Part shown: positions 53,471 to 64,000 of the stretch, piece by piece
Position numbering within the stretch: the first letter of the stretch is position 1
Layout of the letters: each line of letters starts with the position of its first letter
From: Octopus sinensis
Lineage: Eukaryota
Assembly (NCBI RefSeq): GCF_006345805.1
Contig: NW_021833459.1
Span: forward strand, 1 to 64,000
Length of the DNA stretch: 64,000 bases
Direction of reading: 5' to 3'
The notes under the pieces: model-generated
Told to the model about the DNA's origin: nothing
What the model saw: the letters and a program-made list of their open reading frames with translations, nothing else
The model's database searches: none
Program-made: the position numbers and the translations under genes

Positions 53471-54380
53471 ATAAAAATTATTTGAGACAACAACCACTAT
53501 GCAAAACAAACAAGGAAAGACTTAATCAATACATAATTTAATAAATAGTCAAAAACCGCCACTACATCGTTCTTGTCTGATCGACATCGGTGGACTTCAT
53601 CTTCATCCTAAAACCTCCACTTCTCCAATTCTCATCTTCAGACCCCTAGCATTAGGTTGGCAATTGGTTGGTAGGTTGCTGGTATAGTTACATGGCTTGC
53701 TGCCCATGTCAATTTCTGACTGATGATAACTAATCATGTTCTTTCGGGACCCCTAGGGTTAGAGTTTTTTTTCTTTATTGTAATCAGCAGAGAAATGACT
53801 TGCAACTGCTGCGATAATTATAACTGGTAATTGAACGGTAAATCTGTATTTTTATATCCTTGGACTTGCCACCTCAATGTTTTTTGTCAAGAGTTTCACC
53901 TCCAGCCGTTCATTCAGTCAGTCTGTTGACTGACATAACGAACGGCTGGAGGTGAAACTCTTGACAAAAACATTGAGGTGGCAGTCAAGGTATAAAAATA
54001 CAGATTTACCGTTCATTACCAGTTAATAATTATCGCAGCAGTTGCAATTCATTTCTCTGCTGATTCAACAATAAAGAAAAAAAAAAAACTCTAACCTAGG
54101 GGTCCCGAAAGAACATGATTAGTTATCATCAGTCAGTTGAACCTGGGCAGCATGAACACTTACCAGCCAACCTACAACCAACTTGCCAACCTAATTAGAG
54201 GGTCTGAAGATGATGAATGGAGAAGTGGAGGGTTTGGATGAAGATTGAAGTCCACCTGAAGATTGTCGATCAAGACAAGAAACGATTGTAGTGGCGGTTT
54301 TTTTGACTATTTAGTAAATTTTATGTATTGATTAATCTTTGTTTTGCAAAATAGTGGTTTTGTCTCAATAATATTTTAAT
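53471..54380. repeat. ~900-bp palindrome (two ~450-bp arms, 4-nt loop at 53924-53927)
   Basis: The arms are reverse complements throughout and differ mainly by 1-4 nt indels. Confidence 0.95.
54252..54294 (+). ncRNA. Minimal type-I hammerhead ribozyme motif
   Basis: CCAC-CUGAAGA-UUGUC(GAUCAA)GACAA-GAAAC-GAUU-GUA-GUGG: intact core, 5-bp stem II, 2-bp stem III, GUA triplet, 4-bp stem I. Confidence 0.7.
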
Positions 54381-54683
54381 ATTTTACTATAATTGGATTT
54401 AATCCTAAATCTGATCCCTGTAAATTTGGATATATTCCCTAATAGTTTATTATTATATATATATCTATATATATATATATATATATATATAATATGTGTG
54501 TGTGTGTGTGTTTACATATACTTGTGTGTGTTCGTGTTTGTATTCCGGTGTAAATAGCATAGCAGTTAAAACAGCAGTTCATACTACGCATAAACCGCCA
54601 AGTTTCACTTCAAATACGTGAGACCTTGCGCTTGAAATAGCTTATTCATTCATACAGTGTCTATTCCTTTGTACTAATAATTT

Positions 54684-54714
<31 letters not shown>

Positions 54715-55787
54715 AGAAAACACACGTAATATCTTCTGGGTAATATCCTCACAACTTGCAATTCAAAAGTCTTATATGGTTGTCGGGTACCATAAGCCTT
54801 CATCCAAGATGTTTACGCTTTTATTGGATACATATGAAGAAATACATTAGCGTACGCAGATTTAATTTGAAAGCTTATTGTGATATATAAAATAAGACGG
54901 AATGAGCAAGCATTAATTACAACCCACATCAACTTCATCTGTGCACTGGTAATTGCTATTAGATGCTGAGTTTCCATATCATGCTATTATATAAACATTA
55001 CATGAATTACTGTGATCAAGTAGTGGCTAGGCATACCACACGCACTTCCTCGGGCGAGTGGCCTTGAAGAGAATCACGCCCACTTACCGGTTATGGGATT
55101 CGGAACTGGAAGTGACTAGCGGTGCTTTCAAAGCTACTCTCCTGATGACGTACGTAGAGACAGTTACTGCTCGATCACATTTATTTAGATAAAACCATCC
55201 AGATTTCTGAGTACCTTTTTTCTTGTAATATATAATACATGTACATCATCTCCAAACCTTCTAATACACTTATATGTATGTATACATTTTCAATATGTAC
55301 GAATAAGAAGGATAAAAGAAATAAATAGTTACCAGTGTAGCAATAATTCACATAAATGCCAAAGATATTACAGCCCACTTGTAAAGGTAGATATTCCAGG
55401 CTTAATTAAAATGTTTTTGTATAACATGGATAAATTAAGAAATGGAGTCGAACGCAGATGTTATTCAAATTATTTATACTTCCAATATATGTTTCGTAAA
55501 AAAACATTGAGATTATTCCGGAGGGAATAAAATGATGTAAAACAATGCAGTCATATCGTCAGGGAAGGAAAAAGGGATAAAACACATCACTAAGCTAATT
55601 TTAACCGTTTGTGATTACCTCGTACGTAAGTATATGACGTAAGGAGAATGCTAGCAAGTTATTAAAAAAGCGCCAATAGATTTAACGTCCAAGCTAAATG
55701 AGACCGTGAGAAGGAGGAGAAAGAAAGAAATTAACAGACAATTAAGAGTTGAAATATATATATGTGTGTGTGTGTGTGTGTATAATG

Positions 55788-55821
<34 letters not shown>

Positions 55822-57023
55822 GTGATAGATGAATAGCAATAAAGCATAAAAGCGTCGAAATAGATATATGTAGTGGAAATGAAATATAAGAAGTCAGTCA
55901 GAAGTCGAATATCAATTCACACCGAATTAGGATGGGTTCTTCAAACACCAAAAACTTATCACAAATCATTTCTTCACATAGCCATAAATTTTTAACTACG
56001 AATCCACTTAATGAAAATAATAACGGTGTTATTATTGTCGGTAACCATTCATTTGAACAATTATATCAGCAGTATTAATATTTCTGATATATATTCGAAT
56101 CGAATTCGTTTCCTTAGCAGGACTAGAAACTCTGTTTGTCAATGTGCAATTACATCCAGTTCTGTTGTCATTTATATATAGGTAGCCCCTCGTCCCAGTT
56201 TTCGAAAATGATATTTAACCATTATTATATATATAGACATATCAGAAACAGCATCAATACTGGGCATAGTAAATCAATTTGGTCTCTAAAGGAACATATG
56301 CTTTGGAATGGAAAATTCTATCTAGGTCTTTCCCATATGACACAGGTAAATCTGTAACGAAGAGCTATGTTTCATCCTTTTCTCGACGAATACTCTTGTA
56401 AACGCGTTTATCGTTGTAAACAATGACAAAAGCATAATTTTAGTTCCAATAAATAATTTATACCAATCTATAAAATTCGACCCTATCTTTCTTCTTACAT
56501 TTCATTTCCATTGCATATATCTATTTGCACGCTGTTAAACTTTATTCCTATTCATCTATCACATTATATTTTTCCATTCCTAATTTCTTTCTTTCACTTC
56601 CTTCTCTTTCTCTAATTTACCTTTGACGTTAAATCTATTAACGGCTTCTTAAATAAACTTGCTAGCGTTCTCCTGACAACACATGCTTACGTACGCAGTA
56701 ATCACATTCTGTTAAAATAGCTTATTGACGTGTTTTGTTCCTTTATATCCCTGATGAGTTATTTGTATTGTTTTACATTTTCCCCCCGGAATAATTTCAA
56801 TGGTTTTTCAAAACATATGTTGGAAGTATACATGATTTGAACAACATATGTGTTTGACTCCATTTCTTAATTAATCCATATATATATATATGCAACTAGT
56901 TACGTATGTATGTATGTATATATATATATATATGCCTGTGTATATTTATGTGTGTATATGCATATTATATATATATGTACATGTATCTGTGTATGCATAT
57001 ACATATGTATGTATTGCATATAT

Positions 57024-57109
<86 letters not shown>

Positions 57110-58789
57110 ACGATTATATGTATGTATATTGTGCGCTTCCTTCCATATATATTTTGAATATACATATTTTATTATTTACACGGATTTAAATTATTTTCGA
57201 AAATTTTATAACTCGAATGCAAATTAGCAAGTTCGAAGTCTACTACATTTCACGGATTTGATATCACTGCAGTTAAAATTAATGAATTGAAGAAAGTAAT
57301 CTTTCAAACTTGTAAATGCTGAAGCTAATTACTTAGATAAGCGATTTATATCTCATCTTTGTGAACCCCAAAACAATCAGCTAAAACATTCACAAAAATA
57401 CAGACATGCTCTGATATACATACAACACGACCGTTGTAGTTCAAGAATACAAAAAACATTTGATGTACATCATTTATAAATGCACAAACTAAAAATACCC
57501 ACTGATAATGTTTAAATATCCGTGTGTGTGCTCACGGACACACACACACATTCATATATATATATATCTTGGTGGTGATATATATGTCGTGATAAATAAT
57601 AAATTCTCGTATGTTCCATTCTTTCATATATATATATATATATATATATTTGGGTGGTGGCATATATGCATACATATGAACATGTAGACGCATTAAATGT
57701 GTATATATGAAAATGTGTGCTTGTGACAGACAATGTTTTTGCTTGGATCTATAGATAATAACCTATTGTCGTCTATGTCAGTATTACGTTTCTTTTAATA
57801 TAATTTATTAGTTCATACTCTGCAATGCTGTACTAGGAAAAGTATTCTCCAGAGGGATCTCGTTATTCACTGATACGTTATTATTTACGACCATATTGGT
57901 TTCCACATTACTACATTTTACTGTTTAAGATGTAGCAGAGTGGTAAAAATGAAAAGGCGAAAAGAAAAAACAACTGAAGCTATAGTATCTGAGACATTCG
58001 AGAGAAATGATGATCTATAATAACATCGAATACAGCTGTTTTATTATATTCCTGTTGTTCCTAAAATCAACGATCTGAAATAATTAAAACATATTATTCT
58101 GTGTGTACGCACACACACATACCTCTCTCTATATATATATATTAGAAGTGTAGTCGTAGGTGAAAGTTTCTCCAACCTTCTCCAATGAATTTAACCGCGT
58201 AGTTACTGAAAATATCCACACAAATTATTGGAATATATGATAACTGAAAGTAGATCCAAAATTTGGGAATGAAAAAGTTATAATTATAGAGTATACGTCA
58301 GGTAGTCTTGAGTAGCTGCCTGTCTTCTAAACCAGCAATATCACTAAATAGATAGATGCTCAACCGTATATGATCGATTTCGGAGTATTGTAGAAGTGTA
58401 CATCTAGTCAAATGCACGCACGCGTACATACACACACACACACACGCATGCACTAAAATACCTACACAGAAAAAAAGGAACAAACGCTCATATATAACAG
58501 GGAACTATGGACTTCATGCAGTTAATATTCATGCAGGTATATTAGGTTCGTCGTTTCCAGCACACTGATTTTACACATTTGCACATTTTCTAAAGATAAA
58601 AGATGCATATCTGAAAGTGCATAAAGAAGTAGAAGTGTCAGGAATGCAATCGAAACATTTAGTATTGTAAACTAGAACAACAAGTTAACGGAAGGAGAGT
58701 AAGTGATACGTTACCCTGAGAAATTATATAATCATAATCAAAGTTGTGGCGTAGAATATCGTTCAATCATTGTTGAGAATAAATACAGA

Positions 58790-59046
58790 AGAAAAAATTG
58801 AATTAGTATGTCAGATAAAGATCGTTGAAAAAGAAAATGACTAGGCTGCGAAATCTACAGTTAGCCTATCCAGATTACAAAATCATGTTTATACTTGTAA
58901 TTATTAGGGCACTGAGATACGTAACACACTGCTTAAATACCGATCTAGGACAAATAATCTTCTCAAAAACAGAAAGGAGAAAGCTGCTTCTAAGATTACA
59001 GATCCACGCCATTACTGGAACTGTAAACATTTCAAAATCTTTCTAG
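58790..59046 (+). mobile_element. R4-like RLE LINE 3' fragment (second family)
   Basis: LRNLQLAYPDYKIMFILVIIRAL...RLQIHAITGTVNISKSF, homologous to 60340-60582. Confidence 0.75.
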
Positions 59047-59087
59047 AAAATACAGTTCTATATTTCAGAGATGATGAATTATGTACC

Positions 59088-59234
59088 TTATTTACATTAA
59101 TTGCCTTTGACGGATATTTGTTCTCATCCTGTTTCTTGTTAACACAACATTTTGGCTGATATATCCTCCAGCCTTCATCGGGTGTCTTAGGAATAGGGAA
59201 CTCATTTTCAAAATTTTCCCAAGGTATTTTTCGA

Positions 59235-59283
<49 letters not shown>

Positions 59284-59327
59284 GTTATTATCATTATTAT
59301 TATTCAGGTTACTGCCAAGAATCGAAC
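59088..59327 (-). mobile_element. Family D element, inverted copy (5'-truncated at the B box, long 3' tail)
   Basis: Minus strand: GTTCGATTCTTGGCAGTAACCTG-(AAT)n-ATCGAAAAATACCTT...GACAC CCGATGA AGGCTG...CAGCC AAAATGTTGTGTTAACAAG...AATATCCGTCAAA. The hammerhead core is mutated. Confidence 0.85.
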
Positions 59328-59402
59328 GGGCATATGGCGTAGTGGTTAAGAGCGCAGGCTACTAACCCCAAGATTCCGAGTTCGATACCAGGCAGCGACC
59401 TA

Positions 59403-59436
<34 letters not shown>

Positions 59437-59526
59437 TCGAAAAGTTCCTTAGGAATGAGAACCTAGGTTCTCAAAAAGACACCTGATGAAGGTTGGAGGG
59501 TATACATTAGCCGAAACGTTGCGTTA
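59328..59526 (+). mobile_element. Family D element: tRNA-like Pol III head + (AAT)n + hammerhead tail
   Basis: A box TGGCGTAGTGG, B box GAGTTCGATACC, (AAT)n at 59403-59435 and a hammerhead at 59478-59525. Confidence 0.85.
59478..59525 (+). ncRNA. Minimal type-I hammerhead ribozyme motif (Penelope type)
   Basis: GACAC-CUGAUGA-A-GGUUG(loop)UAGCC-GAA-ACGU-U-GCGUU: intact core, stem II with two G-U pairs, palindromic ACGU stem III, GUU triplet, and one mismatch in stem I. Confidence 0.72.
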
Positions 59527-59599
59527 CCGCCTGTACTTAAAACGAAAACAGGGCTGCTGAGGTATAATATCGATCCAAAGTGCCTTTGAATGTCGTGTC

Positions 59600-60582
59600 A
59601 TATCCCTTCGGTAAATTATTTTAACCGCCATGTGTCAAAGTGCACCAATTGACCAAATTTGCATACATGAGGCTGATAACATCATAAGACTTGGAAGACA
59701 GCTCTTTAACCACCATTCCTTGTCTGATAACTTTAAATACACACCCACAGAAATTGCACGACTGACTGCAGCGCAACGTATCATCAGATATAAGGGTAAG
59801 CATATATGAGCAAAAGACTATGCACGGATATTTTAGTATGGAACACTAGCCGGTTTACTACCTCCCACTTTGAAGGATATGTATTTGCGATCTGAGAACA
59901 GTAAATATCAACCAAATACCTGATGCACAAAAGGAATAGTGATGAGCGGTTGTGGAAATTAGCTGCCCAGCGGATATTAGCATAAATGTCACACCGTTGC
60001 CAACTTTGTGGAGTTAACAACGTAGACATCACCCACAATATAAATAGTTATCCGAAGATGTTATCACGATATTACTTACCGATGAGAAAGGACGTTGTAG
60101 CTGGGTCACTCTATAATGAAATCTGTCGGCAGGATAACCCCAAGGAGAAAGAAATAGAAACCCACAGTATGGAAGAAGCCATAGACAATCATGATAAAAT
60201 GAAGTACTAGTGGAATGTTCCAGTGAAAACCTCACTAAAACGTAAGCATAAGAGAGCTGATATAATGATTTGGGATAGATAAGAAACTGCATGGTTGTGG
60301 AAATTAACAGCCCAGCGGATATAAGCATAAAGCTGACGATCAGTGTAAAAGAGAATACCTATGCTGACCTATTGAGAAATCTGCAGTTACCCTGTCCAGA
60401 TTACAAGTTCAGGTTTATACCTGTAATTATTGGGGCCCATGGATAGATACCATACTGCTTAAATAAGAATCTTAGAAATTAGGCTTCTTAAAACCAAGAA
60501 GAAAGCTAATTCGAAGACTACAGATCCAAACCATCACTGGAGCTGCAAAAGTCTGTAAAAATTTCCAGACGTTTATCTTTTA
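59600..60582 (+). mobile_element. R4-like RLE non-LTR retrotransposon 3' part, decayed
   Basis: KTMHGYF, FEGYVFAI.EQ..STKYL, RCQLCG...ITH, YxWNVPVKT and LLRNLQL...FIPVIIGA motifs. Confidence 0.8.
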
Positions 60583-60980
60583 AATATATATGAGCATGTC
60601 TAGATATATATAACTGTATGCATGAGAGTAAATGCATAAAACAAAATATACAGCTTTGCAAATACACATACATATATACATGCATACATATATATATATA
60701 CATGCATAAATACATATATAAATACATACATACATACATGCATGCATGCATACATTCATACCCTGCAGTTGATGTTGAAATTCCAATGAAGTAATCTCGG
60801 ATCTAGATTAGAAACCGGCTCATTCTGTATTGGAAAAATTCTTGAGATAAAACCGAATAATGGTATACATACATATATGTATGCGTCTATGCGGATATGT
60901 GCGTATATTTGTATATATAGCCCTGGGTTACACATAGTTACATATGCATATATTGCTTCAATACATTTGATAGCAGCATC

Positions 60981-61015
<35 letters not shown>

Positions 61016-61027
61016 TAGATAGATATA

Positions 61028-61645
61028 TTTCTTTATTAGCCACACAGGGCTGCACACACACAGGACAAATTACAAGGTAGAGCTTTTCTTTTGGGGGTAA
61101 AAAAGGGGGTTTGGTTTTGGATCAAAAGGGATCGTAAAGGGAAAGAAAGAGGACAAAAAAAGGGGGAATAAAATAAAAAGGGGGGGGGAAATTTGATCAA
61201 TAGGGATCGTTATCACAAAAATGTCAATATGAAGTGTAAAGGGGACGACAGGTGAGGTTTACCCGTGGAAAGAAAAGCCTACGGAAAAGACTACGGTAAC
61301 CTCGGTCAATGAAGTCACATGTTATATTTCTTTTTTTTTTTACTAATAAGCAACTCTCTGTATTAGTTTATACGGTTCATAGAATCATAGTCAAGGTGGC
61401 TTCGTCATTCATACGCGCCATCCTTGCTACATTCACCCATCTTTTTTTAAAACATTCCCTAGACAAAACTTGCCTCCCTACTCTCACTTTCCTCTTCAAG
61501 TGATACTTAAGAAGTTGATGAGAGATTGACCAGAGAGAAAAGTGTTTGTCTCTAATCCTTTCAGGCGCGTCCACCAGATACATTCTTTCGCCATAGCCAC
61601 AAATATGATAAAAATAGTTCGTTCTTCCCGTTTGAAGGAAGTAGG
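61028..61645 (-). mobile_element. L1/Tx1-like LINE 3' end, 5'-truncated
   Basis: The minus strand gives AMAKECIWWTRLKG...YHLKRKVRVGR...RWVNVARM, followed by a pyrimidine-rich 3' UTR with AATAAA just before a (TATC)/(TA)n tail. Clade assignment is from recall of Tx1-like C-termini. Confidence 0.6.
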
Positions 61646-62616
61646 CGTGACGATATTAACAATATAGATAGATAGATATATGCTAGAGTATTGGACAAAA
61701 TAACTTCTAATTTTTTGTGTCTCTTTTAACACAATTAGGTTTTGTCATACTCCTTTTCATTACTCATTGCCAAACGTCTACTCTGACGCCTGATTAGACG
61801 TTTTATCTAGTGTAATATATATTTTATTAAAATGTCAGTAACTTTCTATATTTAAAAAAGAGGTTTTTTTCATCGAAAATGATATCGAGACCTCTATAAA
61901 AATATTTACTTCAAAATATCAATGTGTAATTAGAATGTTGCAATGCAAAACCTGAATAGTGTAACTGTTCAGGAAGAAGCATTCGTTCTAGTAGGAACTA
62001 TTCCTCGTTTACTAAATTCAAACATCTTTACCTATCCTAGTTAGCATAAACAACACTCGAAAACCTAATATTGGAAAATGTTCTTAATATGCATTAATCT
62101 TTTTTAATCCATAGAGACTAACTAATTCCAACAATTACGACAATTTCGAAATGTGGATTTTAATTGTTTGTTATGATTTCTTAGTATTATCGACTTTTCG
62201 TTATTGTTTAATCCGGCTTTAATCCATGTCTCTTTTAATTTCAAGTAAGCAGCAAATAGCTGCTTTCGCAAAGATTTGTAGCTAGAACATATATGAATGT
62301 ATGTATATAGGTATGTATGCATGTATATATGTTAAGTATGTATGTATGTATGTATGTATGTATCTATCTATCTAGCTATCTAGCTATCTATCTCTAAATA
62401 TATATATATATATATATAATATATTATATATATATATATAGGCTTATATATGTATGTAAGTATATATATAGATATATATTTATACATATATATAACATAT
62501 GTAATATATATATATACATATAATATGTGTATATATATATAATATATGTAGATATATATATAATATATATATATATAATATACGTATATATATATATAAA
62601 TAATATATGTATATAT

Positions 62617-62970
62617 GGCTGTGTGGTAAGTAGCTTGCTAACCAACCACACGGTTGCGGGTTCAGTCCCACTGCGTGGCATCTTGGGTAAGTGTCTTCTG
62701 CTATAGCCCCGGGCCGACCAATGCCTTGTGAGTGGATTTGGTAGACGGAAACTGAAAGAAGCCTGTCGTATATATGTATATATATGTATATGTGTGTGTG
62801 TCTGTGTTTGTCCCCCTAGCATTGCTTGACAACCGATGCTGGTGTGTTTACGTCCCCGTCACTTAGCGGTTCGGCAAAATGAGACCGATAGAATAAGTAC
62901 AAAAAGTCGGTGCTCCAGCATGGCCGCAGTCAAATGACTGAAACAAGTAAAAGAGTAAAAGAGTAAAGAG
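62617..62970 (+). mobile_element. SINE family A, slightly 5'-truncated, internal deletion in the 3' module
   Basis: GGCTGTGTGGTAAG...GGGTTCAGTCCC...AAGTAAAAGAGTAAAAGAG, embedded in TA microsatellite. Confidence 0.9.
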
Positions 62971-63487
62971 TATATATAATATATGTATATATATATATAA
63001 TATATGTATATATATATAATATGTTATATATATAATATGTATATATATATAATATGTATATATATTACTATATATATATATATATATATAATAATATATG
63101 TATATATCTATATAATATATGTATATATATATAATATATGTATATATATAATATATGTATATATATATATATATATATAATATGTATATATATATATATA
63201 ATATGTATATATATATATATAATATATGTATATATATATATAATAGATGATAGATAAATATATTATATGTATATATATATATAATATATGTATAATATAT
63301 ATATAATATATCTATATATATATATAATATATGTATATATATATATTATAATATATAATATGTATATATAATTATATAATATATGTATATATATAATATT
63401 GTATTATATATGATATATGTATATATATATATATATATTATAATTGATATATGTAATATATATATGATATATGTATATATATATAGA

Positions 63488-63539
<52 letters not shown>

Positions 63540-64000
63540 ATATGTATATATATAGATATATGTATTATATATATGATATAGTATATATATATATGATATA
63601 TGTATATATATTATATATATATATGATATATGTATATATATATATATATATATGATAGATGTATATATATATATATGATATATGTATATATTATATATAT
63701 ATAATATATGTATATATAATAATATATGTATATATAGATATAATATATGTATCTATATATATATATATATATAGAACTTAGATATGTTTTGACCAGAGAT
63801 TGGTCCAGGCCAGTCTAACTTAATAAATATATATAATATATTATATATATAATATGATATATGTTATATAATATAATATATGTATATATATATAATATAT
63901 ATTAATATATATATTATGTATGTAGATATATATTAATATATATATATATAATATATATATATAATATATGTATATATATATAATATATGTATATATATAT
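62971..64000. repeat. Degenerate (TA)n satellite running to the window end
   Basis: Seen directly. Confidence 0.97.

Noticed and set aside
53700-53915. AVASHFS peptide in the palindrome arm as a GIY-YIG remnant
   Set aside because: Only a 4-residue echo of VAxHF, without the other motifs in order.
59328-59400. Possible genuine tRNA gene (apparent ACT anticodon)
   Set aside because: There is no proper acceptor stem, no long variable arm as expected for Ser, and no poly-T terminator. It runs into (AAT)n and repeat sequence, so it is treated as a SINE-like head.
63775-63830. ~55-bp non-repetitive island with a GACCA/TGGTC mini-stem inside TA satellite
   Set aside because: Too short to assign; it may be a TE shard or consensus noise.

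Overview
Eukaryotic, very AT-rich, microsatellite- and transposon-dense DNA. It is most likely an octopus (coleoid cephalopod) intergenic or intronic region; this is inferred from the tRNA-derived SINE families and base composition, not proven. No host protein-coding gene could be supported, and most long ORFs in the track are translations of (TA)n/(TG)n repeats. Recognisable elements are: a decayed CR1-group LINE (7.1-10.6 kb); a Gypsy-type LTR with a tRNA-Leu PBS and a pol-less repetitive ORF (11.0-13.4 kb); an internally deleted Helitron with both termini (37.0-40.4 kb) plus a short non-autonomous relative; several R4/Dong-like RLE LINE fragments; an L1/Tx1-like 3' end; a Penelope-like GIY-YIG remnant; a Tc1/mariner MITE; and about 20 SINE copies from four families. 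The most notable signal is three unrelated head-to-head inverted structures (13.6-14.0, 53.5-54.4 and 59.1-59.5 kb), each carrying outward-pointing minimal type-I hammerhead ribozyme motifs of the Penelope-associated kind. One of these is a composite tRNA-head/(AAT)n/hammerhead-tail element with a third homologous segment at 18.7 kb. All structures were read by eye, coordinates are approximate to a few bases, and no folding or database search was run.
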